DNA from: Fidelibacterota bacterium
GTDB taxonomy: Bacteria; Fidelibacterota; UBA8477; JABMPR01
Assembly: GCA_013203185.1 (NCBI GenBank)
Contig: JABMOS010000019.1
Span: forward strand, 4,405 to 68,404
Direction of reading: 5' to 3'
DNA: 64,000 nucleotides
The notes below the pieces were generated by a model, which worked only from the letters and a program-made list of their open reading frames with translations, did no database searches and was not told the origin of the DNA. Position numbers and translations under genes: made by a program. Of the stretch, positions 63,376 through 64,000 are shown one piece after another. How positions within the stretch are numbered: position 1 is the stretch's first letter; every line of letters begins with the position of its first letter.

Positions 63376-64000
63376 ATGATGCCTGTTAAAGCAATTATTA
63401 CAGGATCAACTGGAATGATTGGTGAAGGTGTAATTCATGAATGTTTAAATCATCCAAAGGTGGAATCCATATTGGTGATCAACCGTAAAAGTTGTGGTGT
63501 TGAGCATCCAAAAGTGAAAGAGATCATCCACAATGATTTTTCGGATTTCTCCTCAATTGAAGATGAACTCAAAGGTTACAACACCGGCTATCTCATCATG
63601 GGTGTATCTGCAGCAGGGATGAGCGAAGACCGGTACACACACCTTACCTATGATTTAACCATGGCTTTGGCGAGACCCTTAAAAAAACTGAATCCCGAAA
63701 TGACAATATGTTATGTATCTGGAGCAGGCACAGACTCTTCTGAGAAAGGACGAATGATGTGGGCTCGCGTCAAAGGGAAAACGGAAAACAATTTGTTAAA
63801 CATGGGCTTCAAGCAGGCATATATGTTTCGTCCAGGGTTTCTCGAGCCCACGCCGGGGTTGAAAAACAGTGCCAAATTCTACAAATACCTCAAACCCGTG
63901 ACACCTATCCTCCGTAGACTATTTCCAAAATATGTGTCATCCCTCAAGGAGATTGGATTAGCGATGATTCATGTAGCAATTGAGGGCTCTCATAGGCAAA
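63376..64000 (+). CDS. NAD(P)H-binding atypical SDR/epimerase-like protein (3-prime partial, runs off the window)
   Basis: My own translation gives MMPVKAIITGSTGMIGEGVIHECL... with a Rossmann TGxxGxxG motif. The frame is open to the window end. Confidence 0.65.
   Translation, partial: MMPVKAIITGSTGMIGEGVIHECLNHPKVESILVINRKSCGVEHPKVKEIIHNDFSDFSSIEDELKGYNTGYLIMGVSAAGMSEDRYTHLTYDLTMALARPLKKLNPEMTICYVSGAGTDSSEKGRMMWARVKGKTENNLLNMGFKQAYMFRPGFLEPTPGLKNSAKFYKYLKPVTPILRRLFPKYVSSLKEIGLAMIHVAIEGSHRQ

Noticed and set aside
1-64000. Search for CRISPR arrays, tRNA/rRNA genes, transposases, integrases, prophage or defence-island signatures
   Set aside because: I saw no direct-repeat/spacer arrays. There are no tRNA-like cloverleaf candidates in the spacers longer than 100 bp (4980..5197, 13830..14101, 20324..20663, 30371..30566, 35235..35421, 49888..50086, 57580..57779, 62025..62178). 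I also saw no nuclease/recombinase motifs and no terminal inverted repeats.

Overview
This 64-kb window is densely coding (about 47 protein genes). I found no rRNA, tRNA, CRISPR array, transposase or integrase. The gene content points to an uncultivated marine Gram-negative bacterium of the FCB-superphylum type (Marinimicrobia, Ignavibacteria or Calditrichota-like). Supporting features are five secreted proteins with type IX secretion (T9SS) C-terminal sorting domains (FPNPFNP ... LLLK), a PorQ-like barrel, TolC/RND efflux and a TonB-C domain protein. This taxonomic call is inference only. All family calls come from motif recognition by eye; no database search was run.

Main blocks:
- A giant FG-GAP plus Ig-repeat surface protein.
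- Three S8 subtilases, one with a dockerin-like tail and two with T9SS domains.
- A tandem trio of DUF3857/transglutaminase-like proteins, of which only the middle one keeps the catalytic Cys.
- A hydrolase / TonB-C / tryptophanase group.
- A TetR-TolC-MFP-RND efflux operon with palindromic operators.
- A giant fused membrane / spermidine-synthase-like / TPR protein.
- A MarR-controlled divergon, next to an MFP-RND-SDR operon.

Most interesting observations:
1. A peroxiredoxin-like gene is split by an in-frame TGA exactly at the first Cys of its WCPYC motif, and a SECIS-like hairpin lies 14 nt downstream. It is a probable selenoprotein.
2. An adjacent gatE-gatD pair encodes the tRNA-dependent amidotransferase regarded as an archaeal signature, here in a clearly bacterial context.
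3. A translationally coupled six-gene operon has the ergothioneine genes egtB and egtD bracketing an unknown 281-aa protein and an OpuB/OpuC-type quaternary-amine ABC transporter. A DUF427 gene closes the operon.
4. An orphan 2-hydroxyacyl-CoA-dehydratase-like pair sits with its ATP-dependent activase.
5. A TetR-associated operon encodes a divergent Lgt paralogue (Cys-substituted signature motif), a flavin monooxygenase-like enzyme and a short DcyD/ACC-deaminase-like PLP protein.
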